From: an uncultured Candidatus Binatia bacterium
GTDB taxonomy: Bacteria; Desulfobacterota; Binatia; UBA9968; JAJDTQ01
DNA: 64,000 nucleotides
Assembly: GCA_965215605.1 (NCBI GenBank)
Contig: OZ244070.1
Location: forward strand, 3,488,001-3,552,000
Direction: 5' to 3'
A program made the position numbers and the translations under genes. The notes beneath the pieces are model-generated. The model saw only the letters and a program-made list of their open reading frames with translations, did not search any database and was not told the DNA's origin. Position 1 is the first letter of the stretch. Each line of letters begins with the position of its first letter. Below, in pieces: positions 30,201 through 41,400 of this stretch.

Positions 30201-31445
30201 TTACCGCTCCAGCGTCTCCTTGGCCACGAAGGCCAGCAGCAGCGCCGACAGCCAGAGAATCGGGGTCATGGCGAGAAACGGGATGCCGGGATGGAACGCG
30301 TTGGCGAGCATGCCGCCGGCCAGGGGCGCGCCCAGACCGAAGAGGTCGGCGAGGGTGCGGCGCATGGCCTGAAGGCGGCCGCGGACGTGTTGCGGCGCCA
30401 CGTCGTAGGTGGAAGTGGCAAGGCAGCCCAGGGAGAGGCCGTTGGCGATGCCGAGGACCGACAGCAGCACCGCCAGTTGCAGGAAGGTGCCGGTGAGCGG
30501 GATGACCAGGAAGATCACGGCCGGGATCACGGTGCTGGGGACCGTCGCCCATTTCCTGCCCACCTTGTCGAGCACGAAGCCCGCGGGCACGATCATGAAG
30601 AAGACCACCAGGCCGGAAATGGAGAAGAGCGCGCCCACCTGCACGGGAGTGAAGCCCAGGTACGCGCCGGCGTAGAGCGGCAGCATGCTCTGGAGCGTGA
30701 GCCGGAACATCAGGCTGGCGCCGGTGGCGACCACCAGGACCGCGTAGGTGGGTTGCAGCGACGGCTCCACCTCGCGGTAGAGGGCGGCGATGCGACCGAC
30801 CCAGTGGCGCGGTCCGAAGCCCCTGGACGCAGTCCTCATGGGAGCCCGCGGCGCTGCGCCGCTGGCCGCCGGCTTGTCCACCGTCAGACCGCACAGGGTG
30901 GCGAGCACCGACACCAGGGCGGCGGCCAGGAACACGGTGCGGAAGCCCGCGGCCACGGTGAGGAAGCCGCCCACCAGCGGCCCCAGGGTCACTCCGCTGT
31001 GGTGCACGCCGTGAAAGCCGCTCATGACCCGGCCGCGCTGGTTCTGGGCGGTCAGGTCGATGCCGGTCACCTCCCGCCCCATGGCCCACACCGCGTCGGC
31101 GGCGCCGATGACGAACAGCGCGATCAGCAATCCGGAGAAGGCGGGGCTCAGGAACGCCGCGAGCGCGGCCACGCCGGTGACGGCGGCGCCGCTCACCATC
31201 ATCACCCGCGGCCCGACGCGGTCGAGCATGATGCCGCTCACCGGGGTGCCGCAGAAGCGGCCGGTGGCCCAGGCCGTGACCGTCTGGGCCGCGGCGCCCA
31301 TGGAGATATCGAAGGATACGGCCAAGACCGGGATGGTGGGCAGCACCATGCCCCAGGCCAGTCCCGAAAACAGGGAGCTCCCGTACAACAGGAAAAAGTT
31401 GCGCAACACGCGCGGTCCGAGCCAGGTGGTCGAAGCCACGGTCAC
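30201..31445 (-). CDS. MFS transporter
   Basis: GIMLDRVGPR and GFVLDKVGRK motif-A repeats; about 12 TM helices. Confidence 0.87.
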   Translation of the reverse strand: MTVASTTWLGPRVLRNFFLLYGSSLFSGLAWGMVLPTIPVLAVSFDISMGAAAQTVTAWATGRFCGTPVSGIMLDRVGPRVMMVSGAAVTGVAALAAFLSPAFSGLLIALFVIGAADAVWAMGREVTGIDLTAQNQRGRVMSGFHGVHHSGVTLGPLVGGFLTVAAGFRTVFLAAALVSVLATLCGLTVDKPAASGAAPRAPMRTASRGFGPRHWVGRIAALYREVEPSLQPTYAVLVVATGASLMFRLTLQSMLPLYAGAYLGFTPVQVGALFSISGLVVFFMIVPAGFVLDKVGRKWATVPSTVIPAVIFLVIPLTGTFLQLAVLLSVLGIANGLSLGCLATSTYDVAPQHVRGRLQAMRRTLADLFGLGAPLAGGMLANAFHPGIPFLAMTPILWLSALLLAFVAKETLER

Positions 31446-31488
31446 AGAGCCCTTTCACCGGCCGGAAGGCGGACAGAAGCGCGGCGGC

Positions 31489-32373
31489 TCACTTCCAGGC
31501 CCCTCCCCCCAGGGTGATGGCCACCGTTCCGGTCACCACCGCGACACTGCCGCCCACCGTCCTGAGCGTCACCATCTCGATGCTGCGGAGGAAGACCACG
31601 GTGAAGACCAGCACCCACATGGGCTGGGTGGCGACCATGGGGGTCACGATGACCACCGGCCCCACGCTGAGGGCCGTGTTGAACAGGAGAAAGCCCACGT
31701 TCTCCAGGACGGCGGCCGTCAGGAACGGTTTCATGGCGCGCCGGTCCCACACGGGCCGGCCGAACCCGCGCGGCAATGCCAGGAAGCCCGCAAAGGTCAC
31801 CAGGGACACCACCCCGACGATGGCGGCGAACAGGATGGGGTAGCCCGCCGACTTGAGCGAGAAGCGGGCGATGTTGTGGACGACGGCCGCGGTAAAGGCC
31901 CCGGAGAGGGAATAGGCGCCGTGCCACCAGCGCGCCGTGGAGAGTCTCTGCTCCTCCCGCCAGGAGATCAGCACGATGCCCGCCACCACCAGGACGATGC
32001 CGGCCAGCAGCGGGGCGGTGGCGGTCTCTCCCAGGAACGTCAGCGCCAGCAGCGCGCTGAAGAGGGGGTGAGTCGAGCGGAGCGCGGTGCCCCGGGCCGC
32101 GCCGATCTTCGAGATGCCCGTGTAGGTGAGCCAGCGCAACACGGGCATCAGGAATCCCACCGCGACTGCCGCCCACAGAAAGCCCCGGCCCACGTCCGGG
32201 ATCCCTGTGAAAACCCCCACCAGGGTCCACAGGATCACGGTCTGCGAGATCAGCGAGAGCAGGGTGACCGTGCTGGCGTTGGAGTACTGCAGCCCCCGGC
32301 GGGCCGAGATGATGCTGATGCCGTAGGTCCACGCCGTCAGCAGACCGATGGCTTGGGGCAGGAGTTGCGTCAT
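31489..32373 (-). CDS. DMT/EamA family transporter
   Basis: From ATG 32373 (MTQLLPQAIG...), about 10 TM helices in two repeats, PLFSALLALTFLGE. Confidence 0.83.
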   Translation of the reverse strand: MTQLLPQAIGLLTAWTYGISIISARRGLQYSNASTVTLLSLISQTVILWTLVGVFTGIPDVGRGFLWAAVAVGFLMPVLRWLTYTGISKIGAARGTALRSTHPLFSALLALTFLGETATAPLLAGIVLVVAGIVLISWREEQRLSTARWWHGAYSLSGAFTAAVVHNIARFSLKSAGYPILFAAIVGVVSLVTFAGFLALPRGFGRPVWDRRAMKPFLTAAVLENVGFLLFNTALSVGPVVIVTPMVATQPMWVLVFTVVFLRSIEMVTLRTVGGSVAVVTGTVAITLGGGAWK

Positions 32374-32468
32374 GGGCGCAGGATCACGCCCTCGATCCTC
32401 GATAGGGGAGCGCCATCCGGAGGGCGCCGACGAATCCTGCGCATGTTCATCAACCCGTTGGTGGCCCG

Positions 32469-33530
32469 TTAGTTTCGGATATCCTGCTGGAACCACTCCA
32501 GCGGCAGCTCGTGGCCGAGGCCGTTTTCCTTGGCGTAGCGGTAGACCAGGTATCCCACCGCGGCGAACTGGATGCCGGCGGAGAAGTTGTGGTGCAAGGT
32601 GGTCTGGGCGTCGTTCTCCCGGCCGGGCTTCTCGCCGGTCAGCACCTCCGAGATGGTGGTGTGGCTCCGGTCCCTGTAGCGGCGCATGTAGTTGTCGTCG
32701 ATGGGACGCCGGTCGCGTTCCTCCTGGGTGCCCAAGGCGTAGTTCAGCACGGCCAGGTTGGAGGTGCCGATGACCACGTCGGCCTTCTCGTAGGTCTCGC
32801 TCTCCAACTCCTCCGGGCGCACGTCTACCACGTGCATGCCGGTCTGGAGCCAGTCTGCCTGGAACAGGGGAATCCGCGAGTCCGTGCAGGTGGCGCCGAC
32901 GTCGACGCCGCTCATGGCCTCCCGCGCCGAGTTGACCGCGGTGACCTTGATCTTCAAGACCTCCGCCATCTTCTTCGCGTAGGCCTCCCGGTTGGCCTGG
33001 GTGGGGCTGAAGATCTTGACGTGCTCGATGGGCCGCACCGCGCACGTGGCCATGGCGTAGGTGCGGGCCATGGCGCCCGAGCCCAGGACTCCCATGACCC
33101 TGGAGTCGGGCCGGGAGAGGTGCTTGACTCCGACGCCGGCGGTGGCGCCCACCCGGTAGCTCTGGAGGTAGCCGTCGTTCATGATGCACAGCAGCTCGCC
33201 GGTGCGCGTGTCCACCAGCAGGATGATGCCGCAATACTTGCCCGGCTCGACGTTGAACCAGTGTTCGGTGACCGCGCCGTTGTATTCCTGCCAAGTCATG
33301 ATGTCGAGCTTGAAGCGGAACGCCAGCACGGGCGGGTCCTTGATGGCGCCCAGCAGCGAGCCCCAGCGGAAGTAGTCGCCGACGATGGCGGTGGGGGACC
33401 ACAGGTCGGTGCGGGGCTGGTAGACGGCGTCGCCCTCCGCGAGCTGCTTGAGCGCGCTCTCCATGGCGTCGATGGCGTCGTTCATGTTGAGCGCCTGCTC
33501 GGCGATGCGGTTGTCGATCATCAGCGGCAT
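32469..33530 (-). CDS. Ornithine cyclodeaminase / mu-crystallin family protein
   Basis: LVDTRTGELL, RVGATAGVG, LGSGAMA, GRENDAQTT, GIQFAAVG. Confidence 0.87.
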   Translation of the reverse strand: MPLMIDNRIAEQALNMNDAIDAMESALKQLAEGDAVYQPRTDLWSPTAIVGDYFRWGSLLGAIKDPPVLAFRFKLDIMTWQEYNGAVTEHWFNVEPGKYCGIILLVDTRTGELLCIMNDGYLQSYRVGATAGVGVKHLSRPDSRVMGVLGSGAMARTYAMATCAVRPIEHVKIFSPTQANREAYAKKMAEVLKIKVTAVNSAREAMSGVDVGATCTDSRIPLFQADWLQTGMHVVDVRPEELESETYEKADVVIGTSNLAVLNYALGTQEERDRRPIDDNYMRRYRDRSHTTISEVLTGEKPGRENDAQTTLHHNFSAGIQFAAVGYLVYRYAKENGLGHELPLEWFQQDIRN

Positions 33531-33708
33531 GTGGGTTCTCCGATGGTTTGGTATTCGTTCAGTGCTAGCAGCTTTCCGTTGCGAGTGTCCACCGGTGCCC
33601 CCGGCGGCAATCCCGGTGCTCCAGGGCTTGCGGAGGATGGACGCGTGGGCTACGTTGGCGCGAATGATTTTGACGGTTTCTCCGTCGACCAAGGGGAGGA
33701 TAGACAGA

Positions 33709-34791
33709 ATGCACCGAAGTGTCCGTTATTTCTTCAATGCTTCGGCCATCGCCATCGCGCTGGTCCTGGCGTGCCCGCCGTTCAACGCCGCCGCCGCGGA
33801 CCTGAAGGGCAAGACCGTTACCTGGACGATTCCGTTCGGCGAGGGCGGCGGTTCCGGCCGCTGGGCCCGGTTCGTGGAGCCGTTCCTGCGGAAGCACAGT
33901 GGCGCCGACATCCGGTTGAAGTTCGTCCCGGGCGGCGGCTCCACCAAGGGTGCCAACCTTTACGCCAAGCGCGCCAAGCCCGACGGCCTGGATCTCTTGG
34001 GTACTTCGGGTTCCACCCAGTTCCCGTTTCTGCTCAGCGACAAGCGCGTCAAGTACGACTACGGCAAATGGCGTCCGCTGCTGGCCTATGCCACGGGCGG
34101 CGTCGCCTACATCAGCCCGAAGCTCGGCGTCAAGACGGCCGCCGAATTGGTCAAGAAGAATCCGCCGCTGAAGTACGGCTCGCAGGGCGCCACGTCGCTG
34201 GACCTGGTCCCGTTGCTGGCCTTCGAGATGCTGGGGCTCAACGTGAAGGCGGTGTTCGGCATGAAGGGCCGTTCCGCCGGCCGCAAGGCGTTCATGACCG
34301 GCGAAACCAGCATTGACTACCAGACCTCCTCGGCCTACCTTTCCAAGGTGACGCCGCTGGTGAAGGAAGGCAGCGCCATTCCGATCATGTCCTGGGGCAC
34401 CCTCGACGCCAAGGGCAACCTGGTCCGCGACCCCAACTTCCCGGATCTGCCGCACTTTGCCGAGGTCTACGAGCAGGTCAAGGGCAAGAAGCCGTCCGGC
34501 GCCTGGTTCGACGCGTGGAAGGCTTTCTTCACCGCGGGGTTTCCCGCCCAGAAGTTCGTGGTGCTCCCCAAGGATACGCCCGAGGACGTGGTGAAGGCCT
34601 ATCAGGACGCATTCGGGAAGATGCTTGCGGACCCCGAGTACCTTGCCAGCAAGGACAAGAAGATCGGCACCTACGACCAGGTGACGGGCGCGGCGGCCGA
34701 GTTGAAGTTCAAGGCGGCCACCGATGTCCCGTCCGAAGCCAAGGCGTGGGTGCGGAACTGGCTGACGACGAAATACAGCGTGGTGTTCTGA
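33709..34791 (+). CDS. Tripartite tricarboxylate transporter substrate-binding protein (TctC/Bug)
   Basis: Signal peptide, IPFGEGGG, PGGGS, AKPDG; GGGGAGG RBS; upstream of tctA-like gene. Confidence 0.88.
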   Translation: MHRSVRYFFNASAIAIALVLACPPFNAAAADLKGKTVTWTIPFGEGGGSGRWARFVEPFLRKHSGADIRLKFVPGGGSTKGANLYAKRAKPDGLDLLGTSGSTQFPFLLSDKRVKYDYGKWRPLLAYATGGVAYISPKLGVKTAAELVKKNPPLKYGSQGATSLDLVPLLAFEMLGLNVKAVFGMKGRSAGRKAFMTGETSIDYQTSSAYLSKVTPLVKEGSAIPIMSWGTLDAKGNLVRDPNFPDLPHFAEVYEQVKGKKPSGAWFDAWKAFFTAGFPAQKFVVLPKDTPEDVVKAYQDAFGKMLADPEYLASKDKKIGTYDQVTGAAAELKFKAATDVPSEAKAWVRNWLTTKYSVVF

Positions 34792-34860
34792 TGGCTCGAC
34801 TCGCGTGACCGCGTCCCGTATGACGTGATCGCAACCGGACGGGTCTCGGACCCTGACGGC

Positions 34861-34898
34861 GAGGGCGGCCGGTCTTCCACGGCCGCCCTCTTTCGTTT
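34861..34898 (+). terminator. Intrinsic terminator/attenuator between tctC and tctA-tctB
   Basis: GAGGGCGGCCG-N8-CGGCCGCCCTC followed by TTTCGTTT. Confidence 0.75.
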
Positions 34899-34965
34899 CG
34901 CGGTGACGAATCCCTGGCGAGGACCGACTCCCGCGGTGCACTGAAGCACGGAGAGGGCGACAAGG

Positions 34966-36954
34966 ATGCTCGACGCGCTCATCGAAGCCTTCTCGACCCT
35001 GCTGCAGGCCCAGCACGTGTCCTTCCTGGTGGTGGGCGTGCTGCTGGGCTTGGTGGTGGGCATCTTTCCGGGGCTCGGCGGCATCGTCGGCCTGTCGCTG
35101 CTGATCCCGTTCCTCCACGGCATGGATCCGGTGTCGGCCCTGGCCATGCTGGTGGGCCTGGTGGCCGTCATCCCCACCTCGGACACCTTCACCTCCGTCC
35201 TCATGGGCATCCCGGGCTCCAGCGCTTCCCAGGCCACGGTGCTGGACGGTTTCCCGCTGGCCCGCAAGGGCGAGGCGGCCCGGGCGCTCGGGGCCGCGTT
35301 CTCGGCCTCGCTTTTCGGCGGCCTGTTCGGCGCGGTGATCCTCACCTTCTTCGTCCTCATCGCCCGGCCGGTCATCCTGTTCTTCACCACCGCGGAGCTG
35401 TTCATGCTCGCGGTGCTGGGCATCTCCATGGTGGGGGTGCTCTCGGGCAGCTCCATCTGGAAGGGAGTGGCTTCCTGCGGTCTGGGGCTGGTCATCGGCG
35501 CCATCGGAGGCGCGCCGGCCACCGGCGAGGAGCGGCTCGTGTTCGGGGTCGACTATCTGGCCGACGGCATCCCTCTGGTGGTGGTGGGCCTCGGCATCTT
35601 CGCGCTGCCCGAGGTGGTGGACCTCCTGCGCGGGGCCGGCGCCATCTCCCGCACCCATGCCTTGGGGAAGGGCTGGCTCGACGGCCTGCGGGACATGATC
35701 CGCTACCGCTGGCTGTGCCTGCGCTGCGCCGGCATCGGGACGCTCATCGGCGCCATTCCCGGGCTCGGCGGCTCGGTGGTGGACTGGATCGCCTACGGCC
35801 ACGTGGTCCAGACCGCCAAGGACAAGTCGCAGTTCGGCCGCGGCGACATCCGCGGCGTGCTGGCGCCGGAATCCGCCAACAACGCCAAGGAAGGCGGCGG
35901 GCTCATTCCGACGCTGCTGTTCGGCATCCCGGGAAGCGGCAGCATGGCGGTCTTCATCGGCGGCTTGGTGCTGATCGGGCTGGAGCCGAGCCCGCGGATG
36001 CTCACGGCCGAGTTGCCCACCACCTACACCATCGTCTGGAGCCTTGCCCTGGCCAACGTGGTGGGCGCCGGCCTGTGCCTGTTTCTGTCGCCGGCCATCG
36101 CCCGGCTGACCACCATCCGCTACCAGTTGCTGGCCCCGTTCATGCTCATGGTGATCTCGTTCGCCGCGTTCCAGGCGAGCCGCGACATCATGGACTTCGT
36201 CGCGCTGGTGGCCATCGGCCTCCTGGGGGTGGGCATGAAGCGGTTCGGCTGGTCGCGGCCGGCCATGCTCATCGGCTTCGTGCTGGCCGACCAGGTGGAG
36301 ACGTACCTCTACCAGGCGATCCAGTTCCACGAGTGGGGCTTCGTTACGCGCCCGGGCGTGCTGATTATCGCGGCCATCATCGTCGCCTCCGTCTGGCTGG
36401 GCGCGCGCAACCGGCCCCAGGCCGAGCCGGAAACCGACGCGCCGCAACGGCATGCGAGGGAGTTGACGCCGCAACTGCTGTTCGCCGGTTTCGTCGTGGT
36501 CTTTTTCGTCGTCGCGCTCGCCGACTCTCTGCGGCACACTCTTCTGGGAGGGGTCTTCCCGGTCAGCGTGGGAGCCGTCATGCTGGTGGCCGGCCTGCTG
36601 GTGTTCTACGGCATTTGGCGGAGCGCCGGCACGCCGACCCCGTACAACGAGGACGCGGAACGCCCGGGCATCGAGGAGCACCAGGCTCCGGAAAAGGGGA
36701 TCTGGCACTACCTGAACTGGCTGCTTGCGCTGTTGGGGATGACCGCCCTGGCCGGGTTCTTCATTTCGCTGAACCTGTTCTTCGTGGCGTTCCTGCGCCG
36801 GGAAGCGAGGGTGAGCTGGAGCCGGGCGGTCCTGCTGACGGTCATGGCGGACCTGATGCTGATGTTCCTTTCGTGGCTCATGACCCTGGATCTCCCGGAG
36901 GGCCTGCTGCAGCACAATGTTCCCGATCTGCCTTGGCCTCTGGGGCCGATCTAG
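34966..36954 (+). CDS. TTT permease TctA with fused C-terminal TctB-like domain
   Basis: GIFPGLG, GAIPGLG, APESANNA, LFGIPG; extra C-terminal TM segment ending LDLPEG. Confidence 0.88.
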   Translation: MLDALIEAFSTLLQAQHVSFLVVGVLLGLVVGIFPGLGGIVGLSLLIPFLHGMDPVSALAMLVGLVAVIPTSDTFTSVLMGIPGSSASQATVLDGFPLARKGEAARALGAAFSASLFGGLFGAVILTFFVLIARPVILFFTTAELFMLAVLGISMVGVLSGSSIWKGVASCGLGLVIGAIGGAPATGEERLVFGVDYLADGIPLVVVGLGIFALPEVVDLLRGAGAISRTHALGKGWLDGLRDMIRYRWLCLRCAGIGTLIGAIPGLGGSVVDWIAYGHVVQTAKDKSQFGRGDIRGVLAPESANNAKEGGGLIPTLLFGIPGSGSMAVFIGGLVLIGLEPSPRMLTAELPTTYTIVWSLALANVVGAGLCLFLSPAIARLTTIRYQLLAPFMLMVISFAAFQASRDIMDFVALVAIGLLGVGMKRFGWSRPAMLIGFVLADQVETYLYQAIQFHEWGFVTRPGVLIIAAIIVASVWLGARNRPQAEPETDAPQRHARELTPQLLFAGFVVVFFVVALADSLRHTLLGGVFPVSVGAVMLVAGLLVFYGIWRSAGTPTPYNEDAERPGIEEHQAPEKGIWHYLNWLLALLGMTALAGFFISLNLFFVAFLRREARVSWSRAVLLTVMADLMLMFLSWLMTLDLPEGLLQHNVPDLPWPLGPI

Positions 36955-37075
36955 TTAGACTGTTGCAGTCCCACTGGACTGGACGAGTCATGCAGGAGCG
37001 ACCGGCCGGTGGCCCCTGCTGGAGATGGCTACGTCGGTCACGCCAGTCTTCTTTGACCGAGGTTCGAGGTCCCGC

Positions 37076-38431
37076 ATGGCTGGATTTCTCAAAAAGCTGC
37101 TCTTCTGGATACCCGTCGGCGTCGGCGTGCTGGTGGTGGTGTACGCGGTCCGTTCCCGGGAGGCGCCGGTGCGGATCGAGCCCGAGGAGCAGACCACGGC
37201 AGTGCGTGTCGTGGCAGCGAAGTCGTTGCGAGTGGTGCCGCGGGCGGTGGGGCACGGCAGCGTCAAGCCGGGCAAGGTGTGGGAAGCCGTGGGCGAGGTC
37301 AGCGGTACGGTGGTTTACCGGCATCCGGAGTTGCGGCGGGGGGCGATTCTCGCCGCCGGCACCGAGCTTCTACGCATCGACCCTACCGACTACCGCCACG
37401 CGGTAGCCGAGATCGAAGCCAACATCCGCGCCGCGGACTCCCAGCTTGCCTTGCTGGATGTGCGCGCGGTGAACGCGGAACGGTCCCTCGCCATAGAGGA
37501 ACGGAACCTGGCGTTGGCCCGCAAGCAGTTCGAGCGGACAAGGGAGTTGCTGCGTCGCGGCGCCGTGTCCCAGTCCGAGGCCGACCGCGAGGAACGCTCG
37601 GTGCTGGCCGGCGAGCAGGCGGTGCAGAACCTCCGCAACTCCGTCCGGCTGCTTCCCGCCGAACGCGCCGCGCAGCAGGCGCAACGGGACCGGCTCAAAT
37701 CCCAGTTGGAGACGGCCAAACGCAACCTCAGCCGCACCACCGTGGTGGCGCCGTTCACGTGCCGCATCGCCGCGGTGAATGTGGAGCTGACTCAGTTCGC
37801 CGCCAAGGGACAGGTGCTGGTGGAAGCCGACAGCATCGACGTGGCGGAGGTCATCGCTCAGGTGCCCATGAGCCGGGTGTTGGCACTGTTGCGGTCACGG
37901 AACGGGCCAGGCTCGCCGCTGGGCACCGTGACCCCCCGGCTGCGGGAGGAAATCCAGGCGGTCGTGCGCCTGAACTCGGGGGACGTCGCCGTCGAGTGGC
38001 CGGCGCGTTTCTCGCGCATGAGCGACACGGTGGATCCGCGTACCCGCACGGTGGGGGTCATCGTGGCGGTGGACCAGCCCTACCGGCAGGCCCAGGAAGG
38101 CCTCCGGCCGCCCTTGGTGAAGAACATGTACGTCGAGGTGGAGCTGCGCGGGCCGCCTCGGCCCAGCACCGTGGTGATTCCTCGGGCCGCCCTGCGCGGC
38201 AGCCGGGTCTACGTAGCGGGGCGGGCGAACCGGCTGGAGTTCCGTACGGTGGAAGTGAGCTTCACGCAGGCCGATTTCGTGGTTCTCCGATCGGGACTCG
38301 AACCGGGCGAGCGCGTGGTGATTTCGGATCTGCCCTTCGCCGCCGACGGCATGCAACTGCGGCCGGAGCTGGATGCGGTGGTATCGGCCAACCTGGTGGC
38401 GGAGGCCACGGGCGTGGCGCCCGTCCGGTGA
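37076..38431 (+). CDS. RND efflux periplasmic adaptor (MFP) subunit
   Basis: N-terminal anchor, EVSGTV, coiled hairpin, VVAPF, VDPRTRT, SGLEPGERVV. Confidence 0.9.
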   Translation: MAGFLKKLLFWIPVGVGVLVVVYAVRSREAPVRIEPEEQTTAVRVVAAKSLRVVPRAVGHGSVKPGKVWEAVGEVSGTVVYRHPELRRGAILAAGTELLRIDPTDYRHAVAEIEANIRAADSQLALLDVRAVNAERSLAIEERNLALARKQFERTRELLRRGAVSQSEADREERSVLAGEQAVQNLRNSVRLLPAERAAQQAQRDRLKSQLETAKRNLSRTTVVAPFTCRIAAVNVELTQFAAKGQVLVEADSIDVAEVIAQVPMSRVLALLRSRNGPGSPLGTVTPRLREEIQAVVRLNSGDVAVEWPARFSRMSDTVDPRTRTVGVIVAVDQPYRQAQEGLRPPLVKNMYVEVELRGPPRPSTVVIPRAALRGSRVYVAGRANRLEFRTVEVSFTQADFVVLRSGLEPGERVVISDLPFAADGMQLRPELDAVVSANLVAEATGVAPVR

Positions 38432-38438
38432 CGAACTC

Positions 38439-41400
38439 ATGATCGGTTTCTTCGCCGGCCATCCTACGGCGGCCAACATTCTCATGATCGGGTTTATCCT
38501 GCTGGGGCTCGTCTTCGCGGGAACGGTCAAGCGCGAGACTTTTCCCGACATCCCGTCGGATTCCGTGCAGGTGCAGGTACCTTGGCCCGGGGCTTCTTCC
38601 GCGGACGTGGAGCAGGGCGTCTGTCTCAAGCTGGAGACCGCCGCGGACAGCGTGGATCAACGGGAGGAGACCCGTTGCGAGGCGCGGGAAGGGTTGGCGG
38701 TGGCGACCCTGGTGATGCGCCAGGGCGGCGATCTCGACCGTTTCCTGGAAGACGTCAAGAACGAGGTGGACGGGGTCACGGACTTCCCCGCGGACGCCGA
38801 AGCCCCGGTCGTACGCGAGCTGGGGCGCGTGGACGTGGTGGCATCCATTGCCGTGGCCGGGCCGTTGGCGCCGGCAGGACTGAAGGCCTACGCGGAACGC
38901 ATGAAGGACGATCTCCTGGCGATTCCGGGCGTGGCCAATGTGGAGATCCAGGGCTTTTCCCAGCGTCAGATCCGAATCGAGGTCTCGGCCTCCACCATGC
39001 GCCAGTTCGGCCTCAGCGTGCGCGACCTTGCCGACTCCGTGGAACGCCAGAGCGTGACGCTGCCGGCGGGGTCGGTGCAGGCCCGGGACTCGACGGTGCT
39101 GATCCGCTTCGATGACGAACGGCGCACGCCGCGCACCTTCGAGGACCTGGTGGTGGTGGCCTCGGCCAGCGGCGCCGTGATCCGCCTGGGAGACATCGCC
39201 GTCATCACCGACCGCTTCGAGCACGCCGGGGAGAAGAACCTCTTCAACGGCCGGCGGTCCGCTTGGCTCACGGTGGAGAAGGGCCGCTCCGATGACACCC
39301 TGAAGGTCATCGATGCCGTCAGGGCCTATCTTGACGAGCAACGGGCGCTGGCCTCGCCGGGCATGGTGCTCGAGATCACCAGCGACGTCGCGTCCATCGT
39401 GCGCGACCGGCTGAACATGCTGCTTCGGAACGGCGCGCAGGGCCTCGTCCTGGTGTTCCTGGTCATCTGGCTGTTCTTCGGCCTGCGTTACTCCTTCTGG
39501 CTCGCCGCGGGCCTCCCGGTGGCGTTCATGGGCACCATCGCCGGCATGGCGGCCATCGGCTACTCCTTTGACATGATCACCATGGTGGCCCTGCTCATCG
39601 CGCTTGGCCTGATGATGGACGACGCCATCGTCATCGCGGAGAACATCGCGCGCCACCGTGCCGCCGGACGTTCGGTGGTGGACGCGGCGGTGGAAGGGAC
39701 GCGGGAGGTGGCCCCGGGAGTGCTGGCGTCGTTCCTCACCACCATCGGCGTCTTCGGCGCCCTTGCCTTCCTGCAAGGGAACATCGGCGCGGTCATGGCC
39801 GTCCTGCCGGTGGTGTTGATCCTGACGTTGGCTTTCAGCCTGGTGGAGGCCTTCCTGATCCTGCCGCACCACCTGCTGGGGACGTTGCGCGCCAGGCGTG
39901 GCGCCTCGCCTCCCAGGTTGCGGGCTCTGTTCGACGCGGGTCTGGCACGCTTCACGGAAGGGTTCGTCGGGCGCTTGGTGGATGCGGCCATATCCTGGCG
40001 ATATCTCACGGTGGGCTTGATTGCGGGTCTGTTCCTCGTGTCCGTTGCCGCCATGGCCGGCGGCGTCGTGAAGTTCAGGACCTTCCCCAACGTCGAGGGC
40101 AACGTCATCGAGGCCGACCTGCTCCTCTATCCCGGGACACCGTTGGCCCGGACCGAGGCGGTGGTGGAGCGGGTGGTGGCGGCGGTCCGGGCCGTGGACG
40201 AAGCCTACGCGGCCGAGCGGCCGGGCGGCGCGAACATGGTGCGGAACATCGGGGTTCGGTTCAGCCGCAATCGGCACGCCAACGAGACCGGCGAACACCT
40301 GGCTACCGTCACCGTCGACCTGGTGGGTCCCGATTCCCGCTACGCATCCCTGGACGAGATCATGAACCGGTGGCGCGCGCGGGTGGGCGTGCCGCCGGAT
40401 GTCATCGCGCTGACCTTTGGCGAGCCGGAGTTGGGGCCGGCGGGCAGGCCCATCGACATTCGGCTGGTGGGGAAGGACATGGAGTCGTTGAAGGCGGCTG
40501 CCCTGGAATTGCGGGAGTGGCTGCGCGGATATCGCGGCGTGTTCGACCTGACCGATGATCTCCGCCTGGGCAAGCCGGAGCTGCGCGTGCGCCTGCGTGA
40601 AGGCGCGCTGGCGTTGGGCATGACCGCGTCCGAGGTGGCGCGGCAACTGCGGGCCGCGTTTCAGGGACGCCATGCGGGTGAATTCCAGATCGGCTCGGAG
40701 GACTACGAGGTGGATGTCCGCTTGTACGAACGCGACCGGGACAGCCTCGCCGATCTCGCCCGCTTCACCGTCACGTTGCCCACCGGCGAACAGGTGCCGT
40801 TGCACGCGGTGGCAACGCTGACCTCCGAGCGCGGTTACAGTCGCATCCATCGCGTGAACGGGGGCCGCGCCGTGACCGTCCGCGGCGACCTGGATCCGGA
40901 CAAGGCCAATTCCGCGGAAATCATCGCCGACACCCAATCCCGTTTCTGGCCCGGCCTGGAGGCGCGCTATCCGGGTATCCGCATGGAACTGGAGGGCGAA
41001 GCCCGTGAATCGGCCGAGACCGGGGCGTCCCTCGGGCGGAACTTCCTGGTGGGGCTGGCCGCCATCTTCCTGCTTCTGAGCTTCCAGTTCCGTGGCTACA
41101 TCGAGCCCCTGGTGATCATGGCCTCCATTCCCGTGGGCCTCGTGGGGGTGGTCATCGGGCATCTCGCGATGGGGCTGGAGCTTTCCATGCCCAGCCTCGT
41201 GGGCTTCGTTTCCCTTGCCGGCGTGGTGGTCAACAATGCCATCGTGCTGGTGGTGTTCATCAAGATCCGCCGCGCCCGAGGAGAAGCCGCGGAGGCCGCG
41301 GCGCGCGGCGCGTCCCGGGAGCGTTTCCGGCCCGTCCTGCTGACTTCGCTCACCACGGTGGCGGGCGTGTTGCCCCTGTTGATGGAGACCAGCCTCCAGG

